Shown here: positions 28,422 to 37,914 of the stretch, in pieces
Position numbering within the stretch: position 1 is the first letter of the stretch
Layout: each line of letters starts with the position of its first letter
Source: a virus
Direction: 5' to 3' (one strand)
IMG/VR virus record: IMGVR_UViG_3300013232_000047
Span: 1 to 64,000 of that record
DNA: 64,000 bases
Made by a program: the position numbers and the translations under genes
Notes under the pieces: generated by a model
What the model was told of the DNA's origin: nothing
The model's database searches: none
The model's input: the letters and a program-made list of their open reading frames with translations, nothing else

Positions 28422-29297
28422 ATGAATCTGGATCTATACCGCAGGCTGTTGGAAGTGCCCTCCGAAACTGGACGAGAGGGCGCGATGGTTAAGTTTTTGA
28501 TCAAGCACGTGAAGTCACGTGGCGAAAAACGTTGCGGAAAAGTTTGGTGCGATGAGCACAAGAACGTTTATGTGATCAAAGGTAAGGCAGAATACTACCC
28601 CTGCTTGAGCGCTCATATTGACACCGTGCAGCCTTACGATCGAAAAGTAAACATTATCCAGACAGAGGATACCTTCTTGGGTTTGGACGAGCAGGGAGAG
28701 CCTGCTGGAATTGGTGGGGACTGTAAGAGCGGTATCATGGTCTGTTTGGAGGCGCTGGAACGTTTGGACAACGTAGCGCTGGCGCTTTTTGCCTACGAGG
28801 AGCACGGTGGCATGGGAGCACGCAATTCTGATCCTGAGTTTTTTGAGCGTATAGGCTACGTTCTAGAATTTGATTGCCCGGCTAGAAACCTGTTCAGCTA
28901 CAGTAATTCGGGGGTGAGGCTATTCCAGAATGATGGCGAGTTTATTACGCGGGCGATGCCTTCACTGCGTTCACGCAGTATGCTTTGGCAGCGCCATCCT
29001 TATACGGATGTTACTTTTCTCAGAAAACGGTTTCCGTTGAGCATGATGAATATGAGTAGTGGCTACTACAACTGGCACTCGGATAACGAGTACGTTCGTA
29101 TTTCAGATACGGTCCACGCGGTTGATTTAGCTTGTGAGCTGGTTCAAGCTTTGGGCGAAAAACAGTATCCTTTTCCGGTTCACAGTGAGCAGCGTTGTAA
29201 TGCAAAACCTCTGGTTGAAATAGGCCCATTAGTCGTTGAGGACTACGTGCTTGAAGCGAGTAAATTACGTAAGAAGTCTCAACAGGTTAGGACATAG
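28422..29297 (+). CDS. M20/M28-family Zn peptidase
   Basis: SAHIDTV, GGDCKSG, EEHG, GYYNWHS..E; preceded by TTGACT promoter at 28385. Confidence 0.85.
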   Translation: MNLDLYRRLLEVPSETGREGAMVKFLIKHVKSRGEKRCGKVWCDEHKNVYVIKGKAEYYPCLSAHIDTVQPYDRKVNIIQTEDTFLGLDEQGEPAGIGGDCKSGIMVCLEALERLDNVALALFAYEEHGGMGARNSDPEFFERIGYVLEFDCPARNLFSYSNSGVRLFQNDGEFITRAMPSLRSRSMLWQRHPYTDVTFLRKRFPLSMMNMSSGYYNWHSDNEYVRISDTVHAVDLACELVQALGEKQYPFPVHSEQRCNAKPLVEIGPLVVEDYVLEASKLRKKSQQVRT

Positions 29298-30699
29298 CGT
29301 CTATTGTCTTTTCCAAGCTGGCTTTTTGTCTGGAGCTGCGACCACGCGAGCGCTTCTGTCCCGGCTCTGCTTCTTCTTCAGGCGTGTAGTCTATTTTCTT
29401 GTCGATGGTCATCCGCATAAGCTCTGGATCTACACGCCCTTCGAATTGAACAAGCTGGGGGCCATGACGGTTTAGAAATATGAAGTAGCGTACTCGGTTT
29501 TGTAGACGTTCTTCATCTGTGAAACAGATGCCTACGGCTGCGTCTACTGCCCCGGCTTTTTCAAATGAACCTTGAAAGGAAGTCATGCTTGGCACACTCC
29601 TACCGACGGTTTCTTTGTTGCACCTATCAGGCATTATGATGGCTGCTCCTAGCTTCTTGCCCATTGCCCGAGCTGCGATGTAAATGTCGGCTTGCTGGCG
29701 ACTATCCGGTACATTTTTTCCCACCAAAGAGGGCCTCACTGTTTCCGCGTAGTCTATAAAGATGGCTTTTGGTTTAAGTCCTTTTTGCTGACACAGGTAT
29801 CTGGCATGTTGTTCGATTTCAAAAATGGATGCTGTTTTGGACGGAAACGATTTGAACCAGAGGTTGCCTGTTAATCGCGTTTCTATGCCTTTTTTGGCTT
29901 CTTGAATAAACTTCTCGACTCCCATTTCAAATAGGTTGTCGCTGCTTTTGCCGGTGATGTTGTAGTACGCTCGCATGGCGGCCAGTTCTTCGTCAATTTC
30001 ACAAGCGTAGTAGATCACGTCTTCACCAACCTTGGACCCGGCCATGTTCAAGGCTAGGTTAATGCAGAAGGTAGTTTTGTAACTTTTCGGCGGAGCTAGC
30101 GGCACAATGAGCCAGCCCGGTCCCCAGCCTGTTTTCCAGATGTCATCCAGCAGGTTGTAGCCAGTCGGGATACCGTAAGATACATTGGTCGTATTGCGTA
30201 TGACCTGTTCGTAGTTGTTTACAGCGTCTATGCCTAGTTTGCGCACGTCTTCACCGACGATGAGAGCTTCCTCTACTTCTTTTACAGGGTCCACTTCGTT
30301 GCCCTTACCTTCCATCTGAGCTGAATGAATCTTTCGCAGAGCAGCAAACAGGGAGCGCTCCTTGGCGAACTTAATCATCAGCTTGCGTATGCCTTGCCAG
30401 TCGGACGTATCGAGTTCCGTGAGTGACATCACGTAATCGACAAGTTGGTTCGCTTTGTCCGCGTTGCTGCGCTCAAATTTCTGGTAGACCCAATTCATCA
30501 GGGTTGAGAAATTGGGATACTTGCTGAATTCCTCGACGTAGTCTTTCAGGGCGAAAGCGACTTCACACGCGTCAGCCCCATTGAAGTACTGGGCTTTCAT
30601 TATATCGCCGAAGCTCCAAAATTCATCAGGATAGCGCACCATACACGCGAGAATCGCGTTTTGAAATTCATTCGAAAAATTATATTCCTCCCAAGCCAT
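29287..30699 (-). CDS. DnaB/T4 gp41-like replicative helicase
   Basis: GIPTGY..LD, Walker A variant APPKSYKTT, YYACE, IFIDYAE, LNRHG. Confidence 0.85.
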   Translation of the reverse strand: MAWEEYNFSNEFQNAILACMVRYPDEFWSFGDIMKAQYFNGADACEVAFALKDYVEEFSKYPNFSTLMNWVYQKFERSNADKANQLVDYVMSLTELDTSDWQGIRKLMIKFAKERSLFAALRKIHSAQMEGKGNEVDPVKEVEEALIVGEDVRKLGIDAVNNYEQVIRNTTNVSYGIPTGYNLLDDIWKTGWGPGWLIVPLAPPKSYKTTFCINLALNMAGSKVGEDVIYYACEIDEELAAMRAYYNITGKSSDNLFEMGVEKFIQEAKKGIETRLTGNLWFKSFPSKTASIFEIEQHARYLCQQKGLKPKAIFIDYAETVRPSLVGKNVPDSRQQADIYIAARAMGKKLGAAIIMPDRCNKETVGRSVPSMTSFQGSFEKAGAVDAAVGICFTDEERLQNRVRYFIFLNRHGPQLVQFEGRVDPELMRMTIDKKIDYTPEEEAEPGQKRSRGRSSRQKASLEKTIDAMS

Positions 30700-30808
30700 A
30701 ATATTAAACGACTTACAACTATTTAGAGCCGATTGTAGACATGTTCAGGATTTCTTTATTGTAGGTTTGTTGTAGCACACAGCGAGACTAAGAACTGTCT
30801 TTGAAAGT

Positions 30809-31846
30809 TTACCTGTTGAATATACTTTTTTCTCCGTGCAGATAATTCAGCAGGTTGTAGTGAAGAATAGCCCGGCCTAGTGTCACCCAGAGTTCTAGCG
30901 GGTTTGTAATAGCCTTGTCCTCAATTTCAAAGTCATCAACTTTATAACCGAAATGTTCCAGCACTCTAGCCACAGCCTGTGGGAGTATTTGCTGCCGGGC
31001 TCGGAATACAGTGATTGCTACGTTTTTATGCCGCTTTAGAAAGCCGATGCTCTGGACAACTGAATAGCGGTGTCTGCGTATCTCAAGGCTGCTTTTGGCA
31101 TCCCTATCCAATACCAGTTTTTTGTAGGTGTCTTCAATGGCCAACCAGTAGGGATCAAGATTCATTTCTTCGCATTCGTAGAACAGGTCATAGGGAGGTC
31201 CTTCGTGGACCATTTTGTGACCAACTAACCAACGACCAGCAGTGACTTCGCTGTTCAACATTTTGTATTCAATATCGTTGGCTTCGTAGTTGGTTTCATG
31301 CAGCGCACTTAAAGCGGATAGCGTAAACGTACCGAATTTTTTGCGGCAAAGTTCTGAATACATACTTGCTCGTTCTAAGGCTTTACTGTCTGCGAGCATG
31401 TGTACTTTGAAGTGTCTTGTGCGGTGTAACGGTGTTTTTGCTACCATTTCGGCTTCCATTCTCAGGTGGCCCATCATGTTTGAAAGTAGGAACAGGCGCA
31501 GAGAACAGTTGGCTTTACGCACGTTGGTAATGATGTCCTCTCGGTATTTTCCGATGTTGTAGTTGGTTGGTTCTTTGCCAAAAACAGTGGTGTGGCAAAG
31601 TAGGTATACTCTTTGCAATTCTGGTGTTTCCGGATCATCAATGTCGATGTTGAAGCGCATTTCATAGGCTTCAGGTAGTATTCGAAAAGTCGCTTTACTG
31701 AGCGGTATTCGATTGAGCCGGGATAGCATATAGCGCTGGCATGCAGTGCTATGAGGGCACGTCTGGCATTTAGGGTCGGCCTTGTTGTGCTCTAGTGCGA
31801 AACAAGATAGAGGCGCTTCTGTTGGTGTTAGTTCTGGCCAGTTCAT
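30809..31846 (-). CDS. hypothetical protein
   Basis: 345-aa ORF with N-terminal Cys cluster. Confidence 0.8.
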   Translation of the reverse strand: MNWPELTPTEAPLSCFALEHNKADPKCQTCPHSTACQRYMLSRLNRIPLSKATFRILPEAYEMRFNIDIDDPETPELQRVYLLCHTTVFGKEPTNYNIGKYREDIITNVRKANCSLRLFLLSNMMGHLRMEAEMVAKTPLHRTRHFKVHMLADSKALERASMYSELCRKKFGTFTLSALSALHETNYEANDIEYKMLNSEVTAGRWLVGHKMVHEGPPYDLFYECEEMNLDPYWLAIEDTYKKLVLDRDAKSSLEIRRHRYSVVQSIGFLKRHKNVAITVFRARQQILPQAVARVLEHFGYKVDDFEIEDKAITNPLELWVTLGRAILHYNLLNYLHGEKSIFNR

Positions 31847-31913
31847 TCTACCTTTCAGAACTACAAAAGTTCAGAATCTCAAAAGCAGGCTACGAAAGGT
31901 GGTTCTTTAAGGC

Positions 31914-34900
31914 GTGGAAACATCTGAAGCTCCAAAACGTGTTAAGGGTCCAAAAAAGTTATGGGCCACACCTGACGGTTTGCTGATGGACTTGAATTCC
32001 AAAGCCGTTCGGTACGACAAGTTTTATCGGGATGTGCTGCTTTACTGGCACGGTGAAACGCTGATCGAGGACGTAGACACGGGCAAAACTCGGGTACCGA
32101 GTGCTTTGGTCACCTTGTTTGATCCGAACAATCCGCTGGGAGCTGAGCCTTTGCAGCCGGGAGCTGCGTCTCCGATATGTGCTAAATGCAAACTATTCGA
32201 GACAGGGTGCAAGAGCCCCTTTATGCAGCCAGTTGGTTCTGAGACGCCGCTGGTTACCATAATCTGTGACAGCGTGACCAAGAATGAGGACGCGAAAGGG
32301 CAGATAAGCATCGACGGTTTTCCCGGTTGGATAGCGAAAATAATCCACGCTTGCAGAGAAGAAACGGGTGTGTCACTCGATGACATCCGATGGTTTCCGC
32401 TGACTCGGTGTGCTAATGCAGGTAAAGCCAAGGTGGACTATAAGATCAAAGGAAACTGGTGCCGTTACCATCTCGTGGATGACCTGATGAGGCACCCGCC
32501 TAAGCTCATCATACCCGTAGGCACAGCTTCGCTGGGCATGCTCTGCCATAAGTCTAATGCGCAGGATTGGCAGGGTAAATTGCTTACCTACCGTGGTTGG
32601 CCTGACGACTGGTTGACTGACAAGCGCTTCGTTTTGCCCCGGCCTCATCCAGTAGACGCAACAAAACAGATAACGGGACATCCTGTCTTTGGCGAAGTTC
32701 CTAGTGTGCGCATACCGATGATGCCAATTCAGAGTCCTCGTCTTGTTTTGCTTGCGATGAACAAGGTTGTAACCGCTCGGTGGAAACAGATCCTTGTTAA
32801 TGCCATGAAGCTCGTGAAGGAGGGCGTTAAACCGAAGGTGTACACGCGTCCGTGGTATCGTTTTACTACTGACCCGGACGTAGCAGCGGAGGGCCTTTGT
32901 GAAATTATTAACAATCCGGGGATGCTGCTCTGCTACGACACAGAAACTACTGGATTAAAGCCATGGTCATTTCACAAGCTCTGTACGACTAAGCTGCCCA
33001 CACCGCCAGCTATCGTCAGCATGATGTTCCGATGGAGCGATCCAAAGACAGGTAATTCACGGTCGATTGGTTTTCCATGGGATTACGAAGCCAGTCCAAT
33101 GAAGCCCTATTTAAAAATACTGGGTCCATTGGTTTACGAGGCGCTGACTAAGTCTAAGCTTATTGGTCATAATTTGACTTTTGATGTTTTGTATACTTTT
33201 GCCACGTTGTACCAGAAATGGTTGGTAGGATGGGATAATCCCGAGTTTAACAAAAAGCGTGATCGTTGGCTTTGTGCTTTGGCTGACGCTGCGAAATTCG
33301 ACACATGGCATGCGGCGTACACTTACATGCAGCGTGTCGGGTCATTGGGCTTGGAAATCATAGCCTATGATTGGGCACCTGAATTGGCCGGTTACGAGGA
33401 GGACATGGTTCTGCTTATCGAGCTTCATAAGGAGGCCATGCATCCCGGTGAAAATAAAGGCGGGCACTATCTCAACTGCGACAAGAAATATTGGCCTACG
33501 CATGTTATTCCGTATGTGATGGGAGACGTGGAATCCTGCTTTTTGGCTTCAGGACGCTTGCGTGAAAAGCTCAAGTCTACGGAAGGAAGACGCTACAACA
33601 TTCCACTTGCCCGGCCCGGCTCGCCCGGTCGTTTTCGTTTCTATACTCCCCTTTCACGTGCTTTTGTCTACGAAAGCATCATGGTTCCAGCGGCAGCGGT
33701 CCTTATGAAAATCATGGGTCGTGGCATGACCGTTGATCTCAAAAAACTCAATCAGATGGAGACCGCGTTGCCTAAAACTATCAGCGATCTTAGAACCAAG
33801 TTGAAGCAGGAGACTCCGGCGATCGGTCAATGGTGTGAGGAACAGGCATCACTTACTCCGGGATGGGAACTGGATTTGGAGAATAAGGGCCACTTGAAAG
33901 ACCTTTTGTTTAACGTGCTCAATCTGCCTGTTCAGCGCTTTACCAAAAATGGTAAGAAGTTTTACGGTGAGGACGAAAAGGCTTGGTCTGAGAATATCGA
34001 GAGCGCGGTTAAAAAACGGTTTCCTGACCTTGCTGAAGTTGAGCTGACTAAGAAAATAAGGGAGGAATGGCTTGAATTTGCAGCTACGGATAAGTTTACG
34101 CTAAACAGGATGGCTGTTGACCATGAGAGTGTACGACCATTGCAGGACTATCGTAAAGTCTACAAGTTATATTCAACCTACGTGCGTCCGCTGCGAAATA
34201 TTACCGTGGTTGGCCTCGACAAAAAGGCTCGTGTTAAGGACCCTCACCTGTGCTCAGATGCTTGTATTCACGCTAGCTTTTTAATGACAGGTACGCGTGG
34301 GGGACGACTTTGTGTGTCTGGTGATACTCGACTTGAAGTTAGAGTCGATGGCGTGAAGAAAGTTGTTGTAATTTCAGACTTGTGGAAGCACATTAATCAG
34401 CATGTTACAGTCAAAACACACTGTGGGCGATGGCAGCGAATCAAACGTCTGTACTTCAAGGGTTACGAGCGGATGTTTGAAGCAACTACTGAAAGCGGCG
34501 GCACGGTTAAAGCAACAGCCGAGCACAGGGTTTTCAGTGAGCGAGGATGGCAGTCTCTTGGGGTTGTTGCCGGACAAAAGCTCAAGTTATTCGTTGATTT
34601 GGCATCCGCAACTAGGACTGGTTTTGAACGAACAAAGTTTTCGGAGGTTGGCGCTACAAAAACAAATGAGTTTTCAGCAGATGAGCGAAACGATTTCAAG
34701 GCGTGTGGCTTTACGGAGCTGGCGGGCCTACCCTCAGTTGAAAGCGGAACTTCAACGGTTGCATCGGGCGCGTTTGGCCGATGCTCAGAAGGGCAACGAA
34801 AATGGTCGGAGAATGCCGTCAGTAGCGCTGCCAGAGGCCAAATTGGAGGCTTTGATCAGCCGTGGAATACCCATAGAGCGCATCGCGAAGGAGATGAAAA

Positions 34901-37658
34901 CAACGCCTTTTTTAGTCGAACGGAACATTCAGGTGTATGGGTTGCAGAAATTGGGCAACGCGCCGGTTCGTGCCAGAGTTCTGACAGAGTTTCAACTGAA
35001 GCAGATAGAAGCAGCGTGTCCGGGGTTGACAACATCTTTTGCGAGTTATTCTACGGACAAGGAGAGTTTTTTCCGAAAAGCTTATCAAGCGTACATGAGT
35101 CTTTTGCAGCAGGCTTGGTTTTTGAAGGATATGTGTCAGATGCCGTTTACACGATTGAAGGAGGACAGAGGTGGTATGGAGGAAATTTCGTGGTCGATGA
35201 ACCGCCACGAGTTGGCACTGTCTCAAGAGCTATTGTCTTTGAATATTCCGAATTATCGGGAGTACGTATACAGTGGGAACAAACGAGCCGACTTTGGGCT
35301 GATTGGCACGAACATCCTGATAGAAGTGGACGGAGATTACCATGTAGAGGCTCAAGACAAAGTCAATACAAGCATAGCCGAGCATTTAGGCTATCAAGTA
35401 CTGCGCTTCACAACACGCCAAGTCCAATTCAAAATGTCGGCGGTGATTGCCGAAATACAGGGCGCTTTGAAGCAGTCATTCAGTGGCGTTCCGTTGGTGT
35501 CCAAGCGGTGTGGGACATTGAAGTTGAAGGCGACCACAGCTACTTAGCACAAGGTCTTTTTCATCATAACTCATGCCGGGACCCAAATTTGCAGCAGCTA
35601 CCTCGTGATGGGGAAGTTAAGAGCCTTTACATTTCTCGATTTGGGAAGCGTGGCTGCATGTATCAGGGCGATCTTTCACAAGTTGAGCTGCGTCTGATGG
35701 CATCGGCTTGCGGTGATCCGACCATGGTTAAGGCGTACTTTGACGAAACAGACCTTCACACGCTTACAACTAGCCGTATTTTTAACACGCCTTACGAGCA
35801 TTTTAGTAAGGACTACATGAAGTGGCTTCAGGAGAGGCATAGAGACAAGGAAGCCAAGGAATTGAGTCAAAAGCGTAACATTGGAAAGTGTGTCGATCCG
35901 TCTACACTGGTGTCTGTAAACGGTCGAATCACGCGTATCGGTGATATTCACGCAGGAAGGGAAGAAGATACGTTTTATCCGATGAGCGGCAGGCACGTAC
36001 AGACTCCGAACGGCACGCAGGAAATTAGAGAATTTTATTGTAGCGGCATAAAAGAAAGAGTGCTTGTATGCAGTTTACACGGGATTATCAGCTGTAGTCC
36101 AAATCACCGCTTTCAACTTGCCGACGGTAGTTTGATTCAAGCGTCTCTTTTGAAAAAGGGTATGCTGTTGGCTGATGGCCAATCCTTGGTATGCGAACAC
36201 GTAAAAGCTGGCGTGTTTTTCGACCCATTTGGCACTTCGCCTAAATCAAATGTGTTCCAGATAAATATAACTCCAGATTTAGCTTACGTTCTTGGTCTGT
36301 TTTATGGTGATGGATGCTCTAACCTCGGTGAAGTTTCTATCTGTACAGGTGGAACACCCGAGTTTTTTGAATGGCAGGACATCATTGCGGATTCAGTGAG
36401 AAGGGCTGGTTTTTATCCAAAAATTGACCGAACAGTTTGGAGTAGTGAGGTTAGTGGGCCAAAAGTAATTAAGACAGGACCCACGGTTGGGCAGGAGATT
36501 AACGGAGCTTACGGACTTGTTAACTTTGGATGCACTAGGGTTTCCGACTTATTTATTCAGCTTGGGGCTGTAGACGAGACACGTTTTCGACGGCGGACGC
36601 TTACTTTACCTGAATGGATGTTCAACGCTCCAGACGATGTAAAATTGGAGTTTATTGCCGGAGTGCTGGATACGGATGGCTATGTAAAAAAGGACGGTAG
36701 CGCCTCTATTTGTACAAAATCGTGGCGATTTGCCCAAGACTTAATGGTGCTTGTTGGAACACTCGGCATTGCCTGCACGGTTGCGCCGGACTGGAATAAA
36801 ACCTACGAGCGCTATTACTTTATAGTCCGTTTTGCTCGACGTGACTCACACTTGTTTGCAGATAAATTGCGTAATCCCGGCAAGCGTGGCAGGATTAAAC
36901 CGGTAGTGTTTAGGTACTCAAAACGTGTTAAAAATAGGGTGACCTTGGTAATGGAGCAGGAACCTTCAATGCTTGTAGAGATCGCTATTGATAGCCCACA
37001 TCTGTATACTCCTGAAGGACTTACAACTCATCAAACGGTAAACTTCTTAACAGGTTATGGAGGAGGAGCTTTTGGGCTTCAAAACGTGTTAGCAGCCAAG
37101 TCTATCTATTTGAGCATCGAGCAGTGCGAAGCTATTATTGAATCCTTTTTCGCGTCGTACCCTGCTCTCCAGCGGTTCCTGATGTATTACAAGCAATTCA
37201 TAGTGGAGCAGCACGTGGCTGTTTCTATTTTTGGACGTGTCAGGGTGTTTGAAGAAGTTCAAGGTGACGACCAAGAGGCTAAAGCCAAAGCGCTTCGGGC
37301 CGGGTGTAACCACGTTATTCAATCGACGGCTTCAGACATGATGCTTTTGGCACTTGTTGCCATCGAAGACATGATGAAAGAAGCGGACCTTGAATCCATT
37401 TTGGTATCAACAGTGCATGACTCTCTTTTGGTAGATTGTGTACAATCTGAATTGCCTGTGGTTCACGATATTGTGACAACTGTTTTGAATAATTTTCCAA
37501 CAGTGCTGCCTGCACTGCTTGGCGCTGATTTTGATACAAGCTGGCTTCTGGTCCCCTTCACGGGGGACTGTGAAGTAGGCTTGGATTATTTGAGTGCAAA
37601 GTCCATTCCAAAGGATAACATCGACTGGGACAAACTTCTGTATCCTAGCAATGAGTAG
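31914..37658 (+). CDS. polA: DNA polymerase family A with N-terminal UDG-like domain, 3'-5' exonuclease and two inteins
   Basis: Exo YDTETTG / GHNLTFD; motif A DLSQVELR; motif B K-(intein)-TVNF..YG; motif C VHDS; GRL-(intein)-SCRDPNLQ. Confidence 0.95.
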   Translation: METSEAPKRVKGPKKLWATPDGLLMDLNSKAVRYDKFYRDVLLYWHGETLIEDVDTGKTRVPSALVTLFDPNNPLGAEPLQPGAASPICAKCKLFETGCKSPFMQPVGSETPLVTIICDSVTKNEDAKGQISIDGFPGWIAKIIHACREETGVSLDDIRWFPLTRCANAGKAKVDYKIKGNWCRYHLVDDLMRHPPKLIIPVGTASLGMLCHKSNAQDWQGKLLTYRGWPDDWLTDKRFVLPRPHPVDATKQITGHPVFGEVPSVRIPMMPIQSPRLVLLAMNKVVTARWKQILVNAMKLVKEGVKPKVYTRPWYRFTTDPDVAAEGLCEIINNPGMLLCYDTETTGLKPWSFHKLCTTKLPTPPAIVSMMFRWSDPKTGNSRSIGFPWDYEASPMKPYLKILGPLVYEALTKSKLIGHNLTFDVLYTFATLYQKWLVGWDNPEFNKKRDRWLCALADAAKFDTWHAAYTYMQRVGSLGLEIIAYDWAPELAGYEEDMVLLIELHKEAMHPGENKGGHYLNCDKKYWPTHVIPYVMGDVESCFLASGRLREKLKSTEGRRYNIPLARPGSPGRFRFYTPLSRAFVYESIMVPAAAVLMKIMGRGMTVDLKKLNQMETALPKTISDLRTKLKQETPAIGQWCEEQASLTPGWELDLENKGHLKDLLFNVLNLPVQRFTKNGKKFYGEDEKAWSENIESAVKKRFPDLAEVELTKKIREEWLEFAATDKFTLNRMAVDHESVRPLQDYRKVYKLYSTYVRPLRNITVVGLDKKARVKDPHLCSDACIHASFLMTGTRGGRLCVSGDTRLEVRVDGVKKVVVISDLWKHINQHVTVKTHCGRWQRIKRLYFKGYERMFEATTESGGTVKATAEHRVFSERGWQSLGVVAGQKLKLFVDLASATRTGFERTKFSEVGATKTNEFSADERNDFKACGFTELAGLPSVESGTSTVASGAFGRCSEGQRKWSENAVSSAARGQIGGFDQPWNTHRAHREGDENNAFFSRTEHSGVWVAEIGQRAGSCQSSDRVSTEADRSSVSGVDNIFCELFYGQGEFFPKSLSSVHESFAAGLVFEGYVSDAVYTIEGGQRWYGGNFVVDEPPRVGTVSRAIVFEYSELSGVRIQWEQTSRLWADWHEHPDRSGRRLPCRGSRQSQYKHSRAFRLSSTALHNTPSPIQNVGGDCRNTGRFEAVIQWRSVGVQAVWDIEVEGDHSYLAQGLFHHNSCRDPNLQQLPRDGEVKSLYISRFGKRGCMYQGDLSQVELRLMASACGDPTMVKAYFDETDLHTLTTSRIFNTPYEHFSKDYMKWLQERHRDKEAKELSQKRNIGKCVDPSTLVSVNGRITRIGDIHAGREEDTFYPMSGRHVQTPNGTQEIREFYCSGIKERVLVCSLHGIISCSPNHRFQLADGSLIQASLLKKGMLLADGQSLVCEHVKAGVFFDPFGTSPKSNVFQINITPDLAYVLGLFYGDGCSNLGEVSICTGGTPEFFEWQDIIADSVRRAGFYPKIDRTVWSSEVSGPKVIKTGPTVGQEINGAYGLVNFGCTRVSDLFIQLGAVDETRFRRRTLTLPEWMFNAPDDVKLEFIAGVLDTDGYVKKDGSASICTKSWRFAQDLMVLVGTLGIACTVAPDWNKTYERYYFIVRFARRDSHLFADKLRNPGKRGRIKPVVFRYSKRVKNRVTLVMEQEPSMLVEIAIDSPHLYTPEGLTTHQTVNFLTGYGGGAFGLQNVLAAKSIYLSIEQCEAIIESFFASYPALQRFLMYYKQFIVEQHVAVSIFGRVRVFEEVQGDDQEAKAKALRAGCNHVIQSTASDMMLLALVAIEDMMKEADLESILVSTVHDSLLVDCVQSELPVVHDIVTTVLNNFPTVLPALLGADFDTSWLLVPFTGDCEVGLDYLSAKSIPKDNIDWDKLLYPSNE
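34311..35570 (+). mobile_element. intein 1 (420 aa) in PolA GRL/S site
   Basis: starts CVSGDT, block B ATAEHRV, ends WDIEVEGDHSYLAQGLFHHN then Ser. Confidence 0.92.
34594..35547 (+). CDS. Vsr/DUF559-like PD-(D/E)XK endonuclease overprinted in +1 frame inside intein 1 (start uncertain: 34594, 34666 or 34681)
   Basis: HELAL...YREY...RADF....ILIEVDGDYH...D......GYQVLRF plus HTH-like GIPIERIAKEM. Confidence 0.85.
   Translation: MIWHPQLGLVLNEQSFRRLALQKQMSFQQMSETISRRVALRSWRAYPQLKAELQRLHRARLADAQKGNENGRRMPSVALPEAKLEALISRGIPIERIAKEMKTTPFLVERNIQVYGLQKLGNAPVRARVLTEFQLKQIEAACPGLTTSFASYSTDKESFFRKAYQAYMSLLQQAWFLKDMCQMPFTRLKEDRGGMEEISWSMNRHELALSQELLSLNIPNYREYVYSGNKRADFGLIGTNILIEVDGDYHVEAQDKVNTSIAEHLGYQVLRFTTRQVQFKMSAVIAEIQGALKQSFSGVPLVSKRCGTLKLKATTAT
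35889..37034 (+). mobile_element. intein 2 (382 aa) with LAGLIDADG endonuclease, C-terminal Gln
   Basis: starts CVDPST, SPNHRF, LAYVLGLFYGDG and FIAGVLDTDG, ends TTHQ then Thr. Confidence 0.92.
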
Positions 37659-37914
37659 TTATTATCGAATGAAAGCACGAGAACTTTTTGAGATGGGAGC
37701 AGCCCCAGTTGCTCCACCAAGACCGGGAGTTAAACCGGAGCATCCTACGACGCATCCGGGACGCCCAGCTCCACGGCCCGGCAGATTTCCAAGTCCATCA
37801 CGACGAAAGTTCCCCGGTAAGCGTGAGGAAGAGCTGCCAAAGCCTAAAGCTTGTGACAGTGCGACCAAGTACGAAAGTCGGGCACAACTAATCGTTAAAC
37901 GCCTTTTGGCATGA
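37651..37914 (+). CDS. Pro-rich putative virion protein (start approximate)
   Basis: MKARELFEM..., ends ESRAQLIVKRLLA motif. Confidence 0.6.
   Translation: MSSYYRMKARELFEMGAAPVAPPRPGVKPEHPTTHPGRPAPRPGRFPSPSRRKFPGKREEELPKPKACDSATKYESRAQLIVKRLLA

Noticed and set aside
34311-35570. Group I intron interrupting polA
   Set aside because: The polymerase frame stays open and has intein N- and C-terminal splicing motifs.
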